Program-made: the position numbers and the translations under genes
Notes under the pieces: model-generated
Databases searched by the model: none
Told to the model about the DNA's origin: nothing
What the model saw: the letters and a program-made list of their open reading frames with translations, nothing else
Shown here: positions 9,479-19,948 of the stretch, piece after piece
Numbering within the stretch: the stretch's first letter is position 1
How the letters are laid out: every line of letters begins with the position of its first letter
Assembly: GCA_958296135.2 (NCBI GenBank)
Contig: CATQHZ020000001.1
Coordinates: 1,728,001 to 1,792,000, forward strand
Reading direction: 5' to 3'
Length of the DNA: 64,000 bases
Source: an uncultured Poribacteria bacterium
Lineage (GTDB): Bacteria; Poribacteria; WGA-4E; WGA-3G

Positions 9479-11260
9479 ATGCAGTTAAGAATTCGGGACT
9501 TACGCAAAAATCTACATGGCCTACGGGGTGCGTTCCGCGTCAGTCCTAAAATTATCAGTTTCATCGCCGCCCTATTATCATGTTTGTGGGGGATAGACGT
9601 GGATGCATCGGGCATCGGGCATCGCGACATTTTCGTCGGAGCCAGCGCGCGCGCTGTTGGTATGGGGAGTGCTTTCACCGCCGGGCCCTCGACAAACAAC
9701 GCCTTCTTATGGAACCCCTCCTCACTCGGATTTATGGATGGGTTAGAATTGGCGTTCGGTGGCGTGCCGGTTTCAGGAAGCACATCGGGTAGAGATGGCG
9801 CGTTTTCAGTGGCGGCGAGCCCGAACGCGCTCGGAATAACTCAGAAAAATGTCGGCAGTCTCTCTATTGCCTCGTGGCTCGATGGCTGGAACACGCCCGA
9901 CACCGGCACCGATGTTACGCAGATTGTGCTTTTAGGTTACGGCCTCGCCATCAGCGAACAGGTGTCAGCCGGCGCGAATGTCCGCTATTGTCAGAATATC
10001 GATGCCATCCGAACCAACTACCTCTGGAGCGCAGACCTCGGGATGCAGCTGACTTACCCTATTGAAAAATGGAATGATACCTTCACGATGGGGATGAGCC
10101 TAACCGAATTGAGCAGCGGCATCAGGGTGGATGGACAGCTCATTGAACCGTCGCCTATCGCCGCGCGGTTCGGAATGACTTACGCGTGGGGCAGTGAAAC
10201 GTTGTTCTCCGCAGATTTTGCCCACTATGTGCAAAACCAACTTGACCGGTTAGAACGTTTCCGATTGCACCTCGGCGCGGAACGGTGGCTTTTCAACGGA
10301 CACTTCGGTTTACGAACTGGCTATACCGCGCTCACCTCCTCCGAGAGGTTCCGGCACGGCGAATGGACAGGGGGAGTCAGCCTCCGCAATGCTTATGGGC
10401 AATTGGATTACGCTTACGTCACCGGCAGTGAACTTGAGCAAAACTTGCACTGGATTTCGGCGACGGTGCGCTGGGACGATAAGAGCAACTTCCACACAGC
10501 GACACCCCACGCAGCAGCCAACTCAAAACCTATAGCAAACCCGAGACCTGAAAAAGTCAGTAAACCGCCGGAGACAAAATCTCGCGATGTAGGAATGCCG
10601 ATTTTAATGCCGAAGACGCTTGAGGCACCAGAAACCGCCTCGGGACCCGTAGTAGCAGAGAAACCTGTCTCTCATCGTGTAGAAACAGCGTTGCAAGTCT
10701 CCGAAACCACAATTTCACCGAATAACGACGGTGTCGCGGATAGCACCACATTCCGCTTTGAAGTCGACGCGAACGACACATGGACATTGTCCATCCGTGA
10801 CGAATACACAGAGGACGTGTGGGAACAATCAGGGGCAGGTTCGCCACCCCCAGAAGGGATTGTCTGGAACGGAACTGCAAACACCGGCAAACCCGTAGTC
10901 GATGGTATCTATGAGGTGCAGCTGAGCGTCGGAGATACACAAAACGCAGCGGTAAATAGCCAAAAAATCACCGTAGACATTGGGCCGCCACCGAAACCGA
11001 CAGAAGAAACCCCCGCGTCGCCGATGTGGTGCTTGATGGTAGGCTCCTTTGCGTCGCAGCGCAACGCCGAATCGCTGGCAGCAGAGTTACGCCGTTTGCA
11101 CCCGGATGAGAAGGTAGCAATCTATACGGTGTCTGTCAACTCGCAAACGATGCATCGGGTAACAATCGGCGAATTCTCGGAACGTGCAGCATCGGCGGCA
11201 CTCACGCAACACATTAAAGAGACGCAAGGCGTTGAGCCGGTGCTGATTGCGTTGCAATGA
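9479..11260 (+). CDS. Outer-membrane PorV/FadL-like beta-barrel + FlgD-type Ig + SPOR domain protein
   Basis: AAGGAG RBS before ATG 9479; GASARAVGMGSAF...FLWNPSSLG; ISPNNDGVAD...WNG...DGIYEV; C-terminal VGSFASQRNAE...HRVTIGEF. Confidence 0.75.
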   Translation: MQLRIRDLRKNLHGLRGAFRVSPKIISFIAALLSCLWGIDVDASGIGHRDIFVGASARAVGMGSAFTAGPSTNNAFLWNPSSLGFMDGLELAFGGVPVSGSTSGRDGAFSVAASPNALGITQKNVGSLSIASWLDGWNTPDTGTDVTQIVLLGYGLAISEQVSAGANVRYCQNIDAIRTNYLWSADLGMQLTYPIEKWNDTFTMGMSLTELSSGIRVDGQLIEPSPIAARFGMTYAWGSETLFSADFAHYVQNQLDRLERFRLHLGAERWLFNGHFGLRTGYTALTSSERFRHGEWTGGVSLRNAYGQLDYAYVTGSELEQNLHWISATVRWDDKSNFHTATPHAAANSKPIANPRPEKVSKPPETKSRDVGMPILMPKTLEAPETASGPVVAEKPVSHRVETALQVSETTISPNNDGVADSTTFRFEVDANDTWTLSIRDEYTEDVWEQSGAGSPPPEGIVWNGTANTGKPVVDGIYEVQLSVGDTQNAAVNSQKITVDIGPPPKPTEETPASPMWCLMVGSFASQRNAESLAAELRRLHPDEKVAIYTVSVNSQTMHRVTIGEFSERAASAALTQHIKETQGVEPVLIALQ

Positions 11261-11283
11261 TGCCGAGTAATGCCAAACGCGTT

Positions 11284-12123
11284 TTAAATTGCATAAAATT
11301 CCAAAGCGTTCTGATAGAAGAGGCGATTTTTCTCTGCATCGGAGGCATCGGCAACGGCATAAAGGAGCGCGACCACCCACTCACGATAGGTGGCGGCTAG
11401 GGTGCAGACGGGCCAGTCACTCCCGAACATAAGCCGCTGATATCCAAACGCCGCCACGAGGTGCCGGATGTATGGCTTCAGTTCTTCGGGTGTCCAATTT
11501 TCGCTAGCAGTTGTCACAATGCCGGAGACTTTGCAATGGACATTCTCAAAGGCGGCGAGTTCGCGTATGTGGGTTGCCCACGGCTCCAATTCGCCGCCTT
11601 TTATATTGGGGCCGCCGCAGTGATTCACGGCATGCCTGACATCAGGAGTCGCCTTCACCAATGCAATGGCGGCAGGAAGCTGCTCATGTTTCGCGCAAAG
11701 TTCAAAGGAGAGGTTAAACTTCGGCAGTAACTTCACGCCTGCAATCAGTTCAGGACTTGCATAGAATTGATTACCCGGGAGATGCCATGCCATCCGCCGA
11801 ACCGCGACGACCCGCTCAAACGCAGCGAGTTGTTCAAGAACAACTTCGGCATTCGGTTTTTCGAGCGGTGCAGCCGCGGCTATCGCGCCTATCATCCCAT
11901 CTTTCTCGGCGATGTCGGTTAACCACTCTACTTCTTGGACGACTTGGGTTTCGCTCGGGTCGCCTTCAACGTGAACCGATTTAACCACGTTCAAATCGCC
12001 GATGGCCTCGCGATAATCCTGTGGTGTATACCGCTTCCGCAGCAAGTCAAAACCGTCTAGCCACGGGTATTCCAAATTGGCGGTATCCCAAAGGTGTTGG
12101 TGTGTATCAATAATCTTGAGCAT
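11284..12123 (-). CDS. Amidohydrolase family 2 (L-fuconolactonase-like)
   Basis: IIDTHQHLW, NHCGGP, CKVSG, RLMFGSDWPV. Confidence 0.9.
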   Translation of the reverse strand: MLKIIDTHQHLWDTANLEYPWLDGFDLLRKRYTPQDYREAIGDLNVVKSVHVEGDPSETQVVQEVEWLTDIAEKDGMIGAIAAAAPLEKPNAEVVLEQLAAFERVVAVRRMAWHLPGNQFYASPELIAGVKLLPKFNLSFELCAKHEQLPAAIALVKATPDVRHAVNHCGGPNIKGGELEPWATHIRELAAFENVHCKVSGIVTTASENWTPEELKPYIRHLVAAFGYQRLMFGSDWPVCTLAATYREWVVALLYAVADASDAEKNRLFYQNALEFYAI

Positions 12124-12385
12124 AATTTGTCTCCGCTTTGCGAGTTATGCCAAATTAATTTAAAAGGAAATAAACAGGGCATTGCTGTCCCGATACAACC
12201 AAAGGTGCAGTGAATACACACGATGTCTTTATCCAGAGTAGGAGGGACATCCCTGTCCCGATACAACACGCATCGAGAACGGTTGGCAGCAAGTGCCAGT
12301 CCTCCAAGAAGTCTCTCCTACGGGGATACTTCATCTGAGCCCGTGCAAGGGCGGATATGAACGGCATCCGCCCTGACAGTTTCTA

Positions 12386-13168
12386 TCAACGTGCCTTGAG
12401 GCCGCCCCAGGTTGTGGTGAGTTTACCTTGCGGTTGCACCGCGAGGAATTCTCCATCCATTACCTCCTGGATCTCGTCTTCAGACAACGCACGGTTGAAT
12501 ATATAGAATTCATCCATGAGGCCATCGAACCATCTACCATTTTTATGATGCCCGATTTCGGCTTGGACACCCCAGTTATCGGAGAGTTCCCCGCCGCCTT
12601 TCGCCTCGTGCGTCTCCTTCCCATCAATGTAGGTTTTCGCCGTACCGCTTTTGCTATCATAGGTGCCGGTAAAGTGAACCCACTTGCCGCCTTTGATAAC
12701 CGGCCCCGGATTGATGTTGAAGACCTCTTTTTCGGCACCATCCCGATGGAACCATCGGAAGCCGCCGGGACGGATTTCGACGTGGTAGAGCCCACTGCCG
12801 TGGTCTGTCCCGATAGCGTCAAAGATACTCTGCGGCTCTGCCGAGTCATTGTGATTCACCCAAACGGCGATAGTGATACCTTCAAGCGGGACGTTCTCAA
12901 ACTCGGGGCCATTCAAGTCCACCCATGTATTGGGCTCCAAGACAATGGCTTTTTCGATGACACCGTCTTCGCGGACGGCTTTGCCTTCAATTTTCCCATC
13001 GTTCCCGTAGATGGAGCCATCTTTGACGGTATCGCCGTTGCCATCAAAGTTGTAGTAGACAGACAAAGTCGCATCGCTGAGGTCTGCCTCCACTGAAAGC
13101 GCGCACGCGCCCAGCAGGCATACGACAGCGAGGTAAACATGAAGGAATTTTATGGAATTGTAAGACAT
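12386..13168 (-). CDS. Secreted LamG / concanavalin-like domain protein
   Basis: Signal peptide; YYNFD, WVHFTGTYD, YIDG, FDGLMDEFYIFNRALS; C-terminal AVQPQGKLTTTWGGLKAR. Confidence 0.88.
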   Translation of the reverse strand: MSYNSIKFLHVYLAVVCLLGACALSVEADLSDATLSVYYNFDGNGDTVKDGSIYGNDGKIEGKAVREDGVIEKAIVLEPNTWVDLNGPEFENVPLEGITIAVWVNHNDSAEPQSIFDAIGTDHGSGLYHVEIRPGGFRWFHRDGAEKEVFNINPGPVIKGGKWVHFTGTYDSKSGTAKTYIDGKETHEAKGGGELSDNWGVQAEIGHHKNGRWFDGLMDEFYIFNRALSEDEIQEVMDGEFLAVQPQGKLTTTWGGLKAR

Positions 13169-13399
13169 CTGATCCTCCTTAAAGTTGTGTCGGTTTGTAT
13201 TTTTAGCGTTTCGCGTTGCTTAATCGAACGCTCGCGAGGAATAAGTTTTCCCTCGCGCTACGGAAAAAGTTGAAATTCCATTGCAAACATTATAGCATAA
13301 AACCGTCGAAAATGGAAATGGAATTTTTCCTGTGCAGAACTGGCTCCGAATGCATTTTGGGAATGAAATTGCATTATTTCCGCGAGCGTCCCTTATACG

Positions 13400-13464
13400 C
13401 GTAGCGCGGGGCCTGTCTTCTGCGTGCGCCGTGGTGCTGCGAGGGACAGGCCCTCGCGCTACGG
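13400..13464. repeat. REP family A (GTAGCGCGAGGGCCTGTCCCTCGC), inverted doublet shown
   Basis: Other copies near 1348, 4576, 5293, 8238, 13233, 22786, 22881, 24221, 31709-31845, 33614, 33745, 43667, 45082, 45127, 48301, 54403 and in the 49.6-50.5 kb array. Confidence 0.85.
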
Positions 13465-13513
13465 AACCGCGCGACGATTCAGAAAACTCCTGCAAAGAGA
13501 AATAAAGAACCCC

Positions 13514-13542
13514 TTGACATTTACGTCTATCTTTGGTATCAT
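13514..13542 (+). promoter_or_regulatory. Sigma-70 promoter, probably leaderless transcript
   Basis: TTGACA-N17-TATCAT ending 8 nt before ATG 13551; no RBS. Confidence 0.6.
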
Positions 13543-13550
13543 ATTCATAT

Positions 13551-14738
13551 ATGAAAAACGTAATGATAACCGAGGCAACAACATTGATGCTTCCGCCGAC
13601 GGTGATTACTGGCCCTGGTGCAGCCGATAACGTCGGCGAACAGGCGAAGCGGCTCGGCGCGACAAGCGCGCTGATTGTCACCGACCCGGGCATCGCAAAA
13701 ATTGGATACGCGGACAAGGTCGCGCAGCATTTGCACGCCGCAGGAATAGGCACAACGTGCTTCGCTCGTGTTACCCCAGATCCGACGCTGCAGAACGTCA
13801 CGGATGGACTCAAGCAGTACCGAGACGAATCCTGCGATGTGATTGTCAGCATCGGCGGTGGCAGCGCGATTGACTGCGGCAAAGGCATCGCCATGAAGTT
13901 AACCAACGATGGGGACTTTGCTGATTACATGGGTGTGGACAAAATCCCGAACCCGGGCGCGCCGCTGATTGCCATCCCGACTACCGGCGGCACAGGAAGC
14001 GAAGTCTCCAAAGTTACCGTGATTACGGACACCGAACGGAACGTTAAGATGATGCTCAGTAGTCCGTGTCTCCTCGCACGCGTAGCGATAATCGATCCGC
14101 TGCTCTCGCTGACAACGCCCCCGCGCCTGACAGCGGCAGTCGGCGTTGATGCGTTGACGCACGCGATAGAAGCATACATCTCAAAACGCGCGCAGCCAAT
14201 AACCGATGCACTGTCCTTGAAAGCGATTGCGATGATTGCCGGTTCGCTGCGGCAGGCATGGGCAGATGGCACTAATGTTCCCGCGCGAACCGATATGATG
14301 CTCGGTGCGTCTATCGCAGGCATGGCATTCAGCAATGCGTCTGTCGCTTTGGTGCACGGCATGTCCCGTCCGATCGGTGCTTATTTTCATATCCATCACG
14401 GGTTGTCAAACGCGGTTTTGCTTCTTGACGTGATGGAGTTCAGTGTCGTTGGCGCGCCGCCACGCTTTGCAGACATTGCGCGCGCGATGGGCGAATCCAT
14501 TGATGGCTTATCCCCGATGAGACAGGCAGACGCTGCTATCTCAGCGGTGGAACGGCTCGTTACCGATATCCGTATGCCGCGCCTCGGTGACATCGGTATT
14601 CCAAAAGATAAGTTTGATGCTGTCGTTGAACAGATGGCGCAAGATGCGATAGCAAGCGGTAGCCCGGCGAACAATCCGCGTCAGGCTACAGCGGAAGAGA
14701 TAGTCGCGCTGTATCAGAAGTGTTTCGCCCCGCGCTAA
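13551..14738 (+). CDS. Iron-containing alcohol dehydrogenase
   Basis: IGGGSAIDCGK, IPTTGGTGSEV, DALTHAIEAY, HGLSNA. Confidence 0.93.
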   Translation: MKNVMITEATTLMLPPTVITGPGAADNVGEQAKRLGATSALIVTDPGIAKIGYADKVAQHLHAAGIGTTCFARVTPDPTLQNVTDGLKQYRDESCDVIVSIGGGSAIDCGKGIAMKLTNDGDFADYMGVDKIPNPGAPLIAIPTTGGTGSEVSKVTVITDTERNVKMMLSSPCLLARVAIIDPLLSLTTPPRLTAAVGVDALTHAIEAYISKRAQPITDALSLKAIAMIAGSLRQAWADGTNVPARTDMMLGASIAGMAFSNASVALVHGMSRPIGAYFHIHHGLSNAVLLLDVMEFSVVGAPPRFADIARAMGESIDGLSPMRQADAAISAVERLVTDIRMPRLGDIGIPKDKFDAVVEQMAQDAIASGSPANNPRQATAEEIVALYQKCFAPR

Positions 14739-14798
14739 TACGGAATCTGCCTGGATTTCCATCTACAGCCGCGAGACGAATTAAACTGGGAGTCTCTT

Positions 14799-15761
14799 GT
14801 GAACCGACTCAAAATTGTTGTGCCGGGCGACGCGCCGCCGCAAATTCAAGGCTCGCCGCATCTGGAACGTCTAAAACCTTATGGCGATGTGGTGGTATAC
14901 ACCGACCGGCCGGAGACTGCCGTGGAGAAACTCCGCCGCGCAGCAGCTGCGGATATTCTCATCAATTCGCGAGGGTTGGTGAAGTGGCCTGCAGAAATCT
15001 TGCGGCAGCTGCCTAAACTGAAACTCATCTCGCTCTGCTCCATCGGCACCGATATGATTGCGCTGGCCGAGGCGAAAAAGAGAGGCATCGTTGTTTGCAA
15101 TCAACCGGGCCGTACCGCGCCGGTTGTTGCCGAGCACAGCTTCGGGCTCATGTTCGCGCTTGCCAAACGCGCCGCCTTCTTGACAGCGGCAGTGAAAGCC
15201 GGCGAATGGCCGCGCAGGGATAACGTTTATTTGCAAGGGAAGACGCTCGGCGTTATCGGGACAGGGCATATCGGTGCTGAGATGGCGCGCCTCGGGCGCG
15301 CCATCGGCATGAACGTCATCGCGTGGACGTATCATTCCTCCACGGAACGCGCGAAGCAGTTGGGGGTGCAATTCGTTTCGCTTGACGAACTGCTCAGCAC
15401 CGCTGATGTCGTCAGCCTGCATGTCAAGTTGACAGAGGAGAGTCGTCACCTCATAGGCGAACGCGAGTTGGCGTTGATGAAACCGAACGCGCTCTTAATC
15501 AACGTCGCGCGTGGTGGCGTGCTGGATACAGATGCCCTTGTCCGCGCCTTAAACAGCGGGCATCTCGGTGGTGCCGCTATTGATGTCTATGATGAGGAGC
15601 CGCCTCCCGCGAATCATCCTCTCTTGGCATGTGAACAAGTGATTTTCACACCGCACTGCGCGGACATGACTCCCGAGGGCGTTGAGCTGCTGAACGAAGG
15701 CGCGGTGGATAACATCATCGCTTTTTTGGAAGGCGCGCCACGGAATGTCGTCCAGTTGTAA
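14799..15761 (+). CDS. D-isomer-specific 2-hydroxyacid dehydrogenase (SerA-like)
   Basis: LGVIGTGHIG, LINVARG, AAIDVYDEEP, TPHCA. Confidence 0.92.
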   Translation: MNRLKIVVPGDAPPQIQGSPHLERLKPYGDVVVYTDRPETAVEKLRRAAAADILINSRGLVKWPAEILRQLPKLKLISLCSIGTDMIALAEAKKRGIVVCNQPGRTAPVVAEHSFGLMFALAKRAAFLTAAVKAGEWPRRDNVYLQGKTLGVIGTGHIGAEMARLGRAIGMNVIAWTYHSSTERAKQLGVQFVSLDELLSTADVVSLHVKLTEESRHLIGERELALMKPNALLINVARGGVLDTDALVRALNSGHLGGAAIDVYDEEPPPANHPLLACEQVIFTPHCADMTPEGVELLNEGAVDNIIAFLEGAPRNVVQL

Positions 15762-15792
15762 GGGGCGGAAACTATAGAAATCCGCCCTTACA
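15757..15792. repeat. REP-like family C (TGTAAGGGCGGAAACCATAGAAATCCGCCCTTACA)
   Basis: Other copies at about 9355, 12345, 37695, 38538, 40215, 59017, 63881; this copy supplies the stop codon of the hydroxyacid dehydrogenase gene. Confidence 0.8.
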
Positions 15793-15868
15793 ATCAAAAG
15801 TGCTGCCGCTCTCATAGCAACAGCCGCGTCTACCGGGTTTGGGCCGCTACCACTTATGAAAAGGAACA

Positions 15869-17902
15869 ATGGAAAAACAGAACGTCATCAAAAAAATCGG
15901 AGTTGACACGGGCGGCACCTTCACGGATATCGTTATGTCTGTTGATGGAACGCTCATGACGCATAAAGTCCTCTCCACGCCGAGAAACCCGGCGCATGCC
16001 GTGGTCCGAGGTGTCCACAACATCTTGGAAAGATTTGAAACGCGCCAAGCCGTGGATGTCGTGCATGGTTCAACAGTTGCCACCAACGCGCTCCTCGAAC
16101 GCAGCGGTGCGCGCATTGCGCTGATTACCACAAAAGGGTTTGAAGACGTTTTAGAAATTGGGAGGCAGGCGCGGCCAAGCCTCTATGATTTCTGGGTTGA
16201 GCGTCCGGCCCCCCTCGTACCAGCTGAAAGCAGATTCGGGGTAGCCGAAAGGACTCTCCACACTGGTGCCATTGAAACACCGATTGACACTGCGCAGCTA
16301 GACACGCTCGCAGCACATCTCGCCACGCTGGTGCTCGATGCCATCGCAATCTGCTTCCTCTTCTCTTACGTCAATCCGCAAAACGAACAGATTGCCGCCA
16401 AACACCTCGCCCCGCTCAACATTCCGATTTCGTGTTCCCACGACATTTTGCCGGAATACCGCGAATATGAGCGTTTCAGCACCACCGTTGCAAACGCCTA
16501 CATCCGTCCCACTTTGGAACGGCACCTCTCAACCCTCACGAAATCCAAACGGTTTCCGAAGTCTTTCCGTTTGATGCTCTCCAACGGCGGCAGCATCTCG
16601 GCGCGACATTTCCATGCAGCGGGCATTCGGACTGTGCTTTCTGGGCCCGCCGGTGGCGTTATCGGTGCGTATCACGTCGCAAAAACTGCAGGTTATGAGA
16701 AAATCATCACGTTTGATATGGGCGGCACCTCCACCGATGTCAGTCTTTGTAACAACGGTATCTCTATGACAACCGAAAGCACTATCAGTGGACTCCCTAT
16801 CAAAGTGCCGCTCCTCGATATCCACACCGTCGGCGCGGGCGGCGGCTCCATCGCAAGTGTCGATGCTGGTGGTGCCCTGCGCGTCGGACCGGAGAGTGCC
16901 GGTGCAGACCCGGGCCCCATCTGTTACGGAAAGGGAAAAGACATCACCGTCACCGATGCGAACCTCTTTTTGGGACGGATTGAACCGACGCGATTTCTAG
17001 GTGGGAAGATGCAACTCGCATCTGATGCAACCCGCACGCCCCTTGAAAAGTTCAGTAGTGACATCGGGCTCTCGGTTTTGGAAGCCGCAGACGGCATTCT
17101 CAAAGTGGCGAACGCGACGATGGAGCGCGCCATCAAAGTCATCTCCGTTGAACGCGGCTTTGATACGCGCGATTTCACATTGGTTTCCTTTGGCGGCGCG
17201 GGCGGGTTGCACGCCGCATTTTTGGCAGAAAACCTCGGCATTCAGACAGTGCTTATTCCGCCAAACGGCGGGCTACTCTCTGCCTACGGCATGCTTTTCG
17301 CCGATGTCGTCAAGGATTACTCGCAAACCGTGCTGTGGACGTTCCAAAACACGGGTGAAACTATAGGTTCCGAGCTCTCGAGCCGAACCGAAAGACTCAA
17401 CGCCGGACTCGCGACACTTCTTTCCAGGGCGGAAACCGAGATGCAAACGGAGGGGTTCGCGCCGCATCAACTCAAAATAGAATGCGCCCTTGATATGCGG
17501 TATGAAGGGCAATCTTATGAACTAAACGTTCCGTATGATAGCACAGACTTTGTCGAGAAATTCCATGCCGCCCACGAACAGCGGTTCAGTTATGCGAAGC
17601 GTGAAGCAGCAGTGGAAGTGGTAAATCTCCGCCTTACCGCCATCGGTGCCACCGAAAAGCCAGCGATTCTTCCTGAACCGCTTACGGATGCCGAAGTCTT
17701 GCCTGACGCGCGCGTCGCGACAAAGCCGGTTGTTTTTGAAGGGACAGCGCGCCCAACCGATTTCTATCGTAGGGAGGCACTGCGTCCGGGGAACGAAATT
17801 GAAGGCCCCGCGATTATCACGGAATTCAGCGCGACTACCGTCGTGCCGCCACATTTCCGTGCCACCGTTGATACCTATCGAAATCTTATTTTGCAGCACT
17901 AA
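15869..17902 (+). CDS. Hydantoinase/5-oxoprolinase subunit A family
   Basis: IGVDTGGTFTD, HGSTVATNA, LSGPAGG, FDMGGTSTD, GAGGGSIA, FGGAGGLHA. Confidence 0.93.
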   Translation: MEKQNVIKKIGVDTGGTFTDIVMSVDGTLMTHKVLSTPRNPAHAVVRGVHNILERFETRQAVDVVHGSTVATNALLERSGARIALITTKGFEDVLEIGRQARPSLYDFWVERPAPLVPAESRFGVAERTLHTGAIETPIDTAQLDTLAAHLATLVLDAIAICFLFSYVNPQNEQIAAKHLAPLNIPISCSHDILPEYREYERFSTTVANAYIRPTLERHLSTLTKSKRFPKSFRLMLSNGGSISARHFHAAGIRTVLSGPAGGVIGAYHVAKTAGYEKIITFDMGGTSTDVSLCNNGISMTTESTISGLPIKVPLLDIHTVGAGGGSIASVDAGGALRVGPESAGADPGPICYGKGKDITVTDANLFLGRIEPTRFLGGKMQLASDATRTPLEKFSSDIGLSVLEAADGILKVANATMERAIKVISVERGFDTRDFTLVSFGGAGGLHAAFLAENLGIQTVLIPPNGGLLSAYGMLFADVVKDYSQTVLWTFQNTGETIGSELSSRTERLNAGLATLLSRAETEMQTEGFAPHQLKIECALDMRYEGQSYELNVPYDSTDFVEKFHAAHEQRFSYAKREAAVEVVNLRLTAIGATEKPAILPEPLTDAEVLPDARVATKPVVFEGTARPTDFYRREALRPGNEIEGPAIITEFSATTVVPPHFRATVDTYRNLILQH

Positions 17903-18002
17903 TAGGAGAGCCCTCCCGGTCTTGATTCGGTGTCACCGCGCATGTTGTCTCAAGCGCGCTTACAAAGCGTGCCTACCGGATATGATAGCGTTGCGTCCTG
18001 CC

Positions 18003-18914
18003 TCACCAATTCGGGTCATAGTCCCAATTGACGCGCTGTCTGCCGTAGCGTTTGCCCGCAATTTCGGTTTGATGGCAGACGAGGCATCGGTGGAAATCCG
18101 CAACGCCGTGCAATTCGTGCGCTTCTTGAATTTCAGGCGTGTTATGCTCGTGGCAGGCGATGCACGTATAACTCCAATAGACAGTATCGGCGTAGATGCC
18201 GAGTCGTTCGGCGTTTTCTCCCGCGCTGATGTGGTAGACGCGGCCGCTTTTTTCATCGGTAACCTTCCACGCGCGTCCCTTCGTTTTAACAGCAACCGGC
18301 GAAGTCTGCGAGATGCCAACGCCGTGCTGCGAAAGCCACCAATGAATATCGTCAGGGACAACTTCCGCCGTATCCAACTCTTGCTGCGGGGCTGCATCGA
18401 CATGGAACAGCAGCGGTTCGGAGGTATGACACCTTGCGCAAGGCACCGCGTGGACATCGGTAAGCGGGAAAAATGCGTCGTGCTCCAACTTTTTCTGTCC
18501 ATGGAACACAATGCCGATTAACAGGACCGGCGCGAGGATGAGGTGGCACCGCAGCAGAATCTGCCGCGTGCGGCGCGCGGTGAGGCTGACAGCAACGCCC
18601 GTCCCTAAATTCGCCATCGCCAGCAAAAAGGTGAGCCACGAATGCCACTCAAGCGGTTGGAAGGCGGAGTGGATGAGCACTAAGCACAATCCCCATGAGG
18701 CGAAGCGTTGATGGTATCTCAGCCATACTTGTCTGCTACCCCAGCGAATCCACCGCACTCTGAGGAAATAGAGCGCGGCAATAACAATAGCGATGGCACC
18801 GATGATGCTAAGCGTGTGTCTCGCCTCACCGAAACTGCCATACCGCCAGATGCAGAGAATTGAGATGAGAACGGCACCGATAACGCCGTGCGCGATGTTG
18901 ATAAAGACTTTCAT
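18003..18914 (-). CDS. Membrane protein with C-terminal triheme cytochrome c domain
   Basis: About five N-terminal TM helices containing His residues; CARCH, CIACH, CLVCH. Start taken as ATG 18914. Confidence 0.75.
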   Translation of the reverse strand: MKVFINIAHGVIGAVLISILCIWRYGSFGEARHTLSIIGAIAIVIAALYFLRVRWIRWGSRQVWLRYHQRFASWGLCLVLIHSAFQPLEWHSWLTFLLAMANLGTGVAVSLTARRTRQILLRCHLILAPVLLIGIVFHGQKKLEHDAFFPLTDVHAVPCARCHTSEPLLFHVDAAPQQELDTAEVVPDDIHWWLSQHGVGISQTSPVAVKTKGRAWKVTDEKSGRVYHISAGENAERLGIYADTVYWSYTCIACHEHNTPEIQEAHELHGVADFHRCLVCHQTEIAGKRYGRQRVNWDYDPNW

Positions 18915-18989
18915 GCCAAAAATGTTATCACAAATCGCGCGCGAACGCAAGAAAAAAGTTCCTGCAGGTTTCTGCCGATGCGATAAACA

Positions 18990-19670
<681 letters not shown>

Positions 19671-19820
19671 TGTTTGACCTCCTGTTGTCAATTTGGTTGG
19701 CATTATGAATAAGACTTACGCAAAGGTTTCCGTAAGTCTCCAGCGGTAGGCGCGGTGTGTCACCGCGCCTACGCGGTTTGTTCTGCGTCCGTCCTATTGG
19801 CATTATCACAAACAATACAT

Positions 19821-19837
19821 AGCAAATATCGTGCCAA
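19821..19837 (-). promoter_or_regulatory. Sigma-54 (RpoN) -24/-12 promoter
   Basis: TTGGCACGATATTTGCT matches the consensus YTGGCACGRNNNTTGCW and points toward the poly-Asp cytochrome gene. Confidence 0.75.
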
Positions 19838-19888
19838 AGCGAATCTGTCGGATTAACAGCATTTCATTCGGGTTTTCTCCGGTCTGCT

Positions 19889-19948
19889 TGTTCAAAACAG
19901 ATAATTTTGTTCAAAAAGTGAACAGCATGGCCGTTCACCAACAGAACG
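19889..19948. promoter_or_regulatory. Tandem palindromic sites, putative enhancer (UAS) for a sigma-54 activator
   Basis: TGTTCA-N5-TGAACA (19908-19924), CGTTCA-N5-AGAACG (19932-19948), half-site TGTTCA at 19889. Confidence 0.55.

Noticed and set aside
17361-17392. Possible in-frame repeat insertion in the hydantoinase gene
   Set aside because: Only weak similarity to the GTAGTTCGGGCTC-type repeats at about 20178 and 47369; needs an ortholog alignment.
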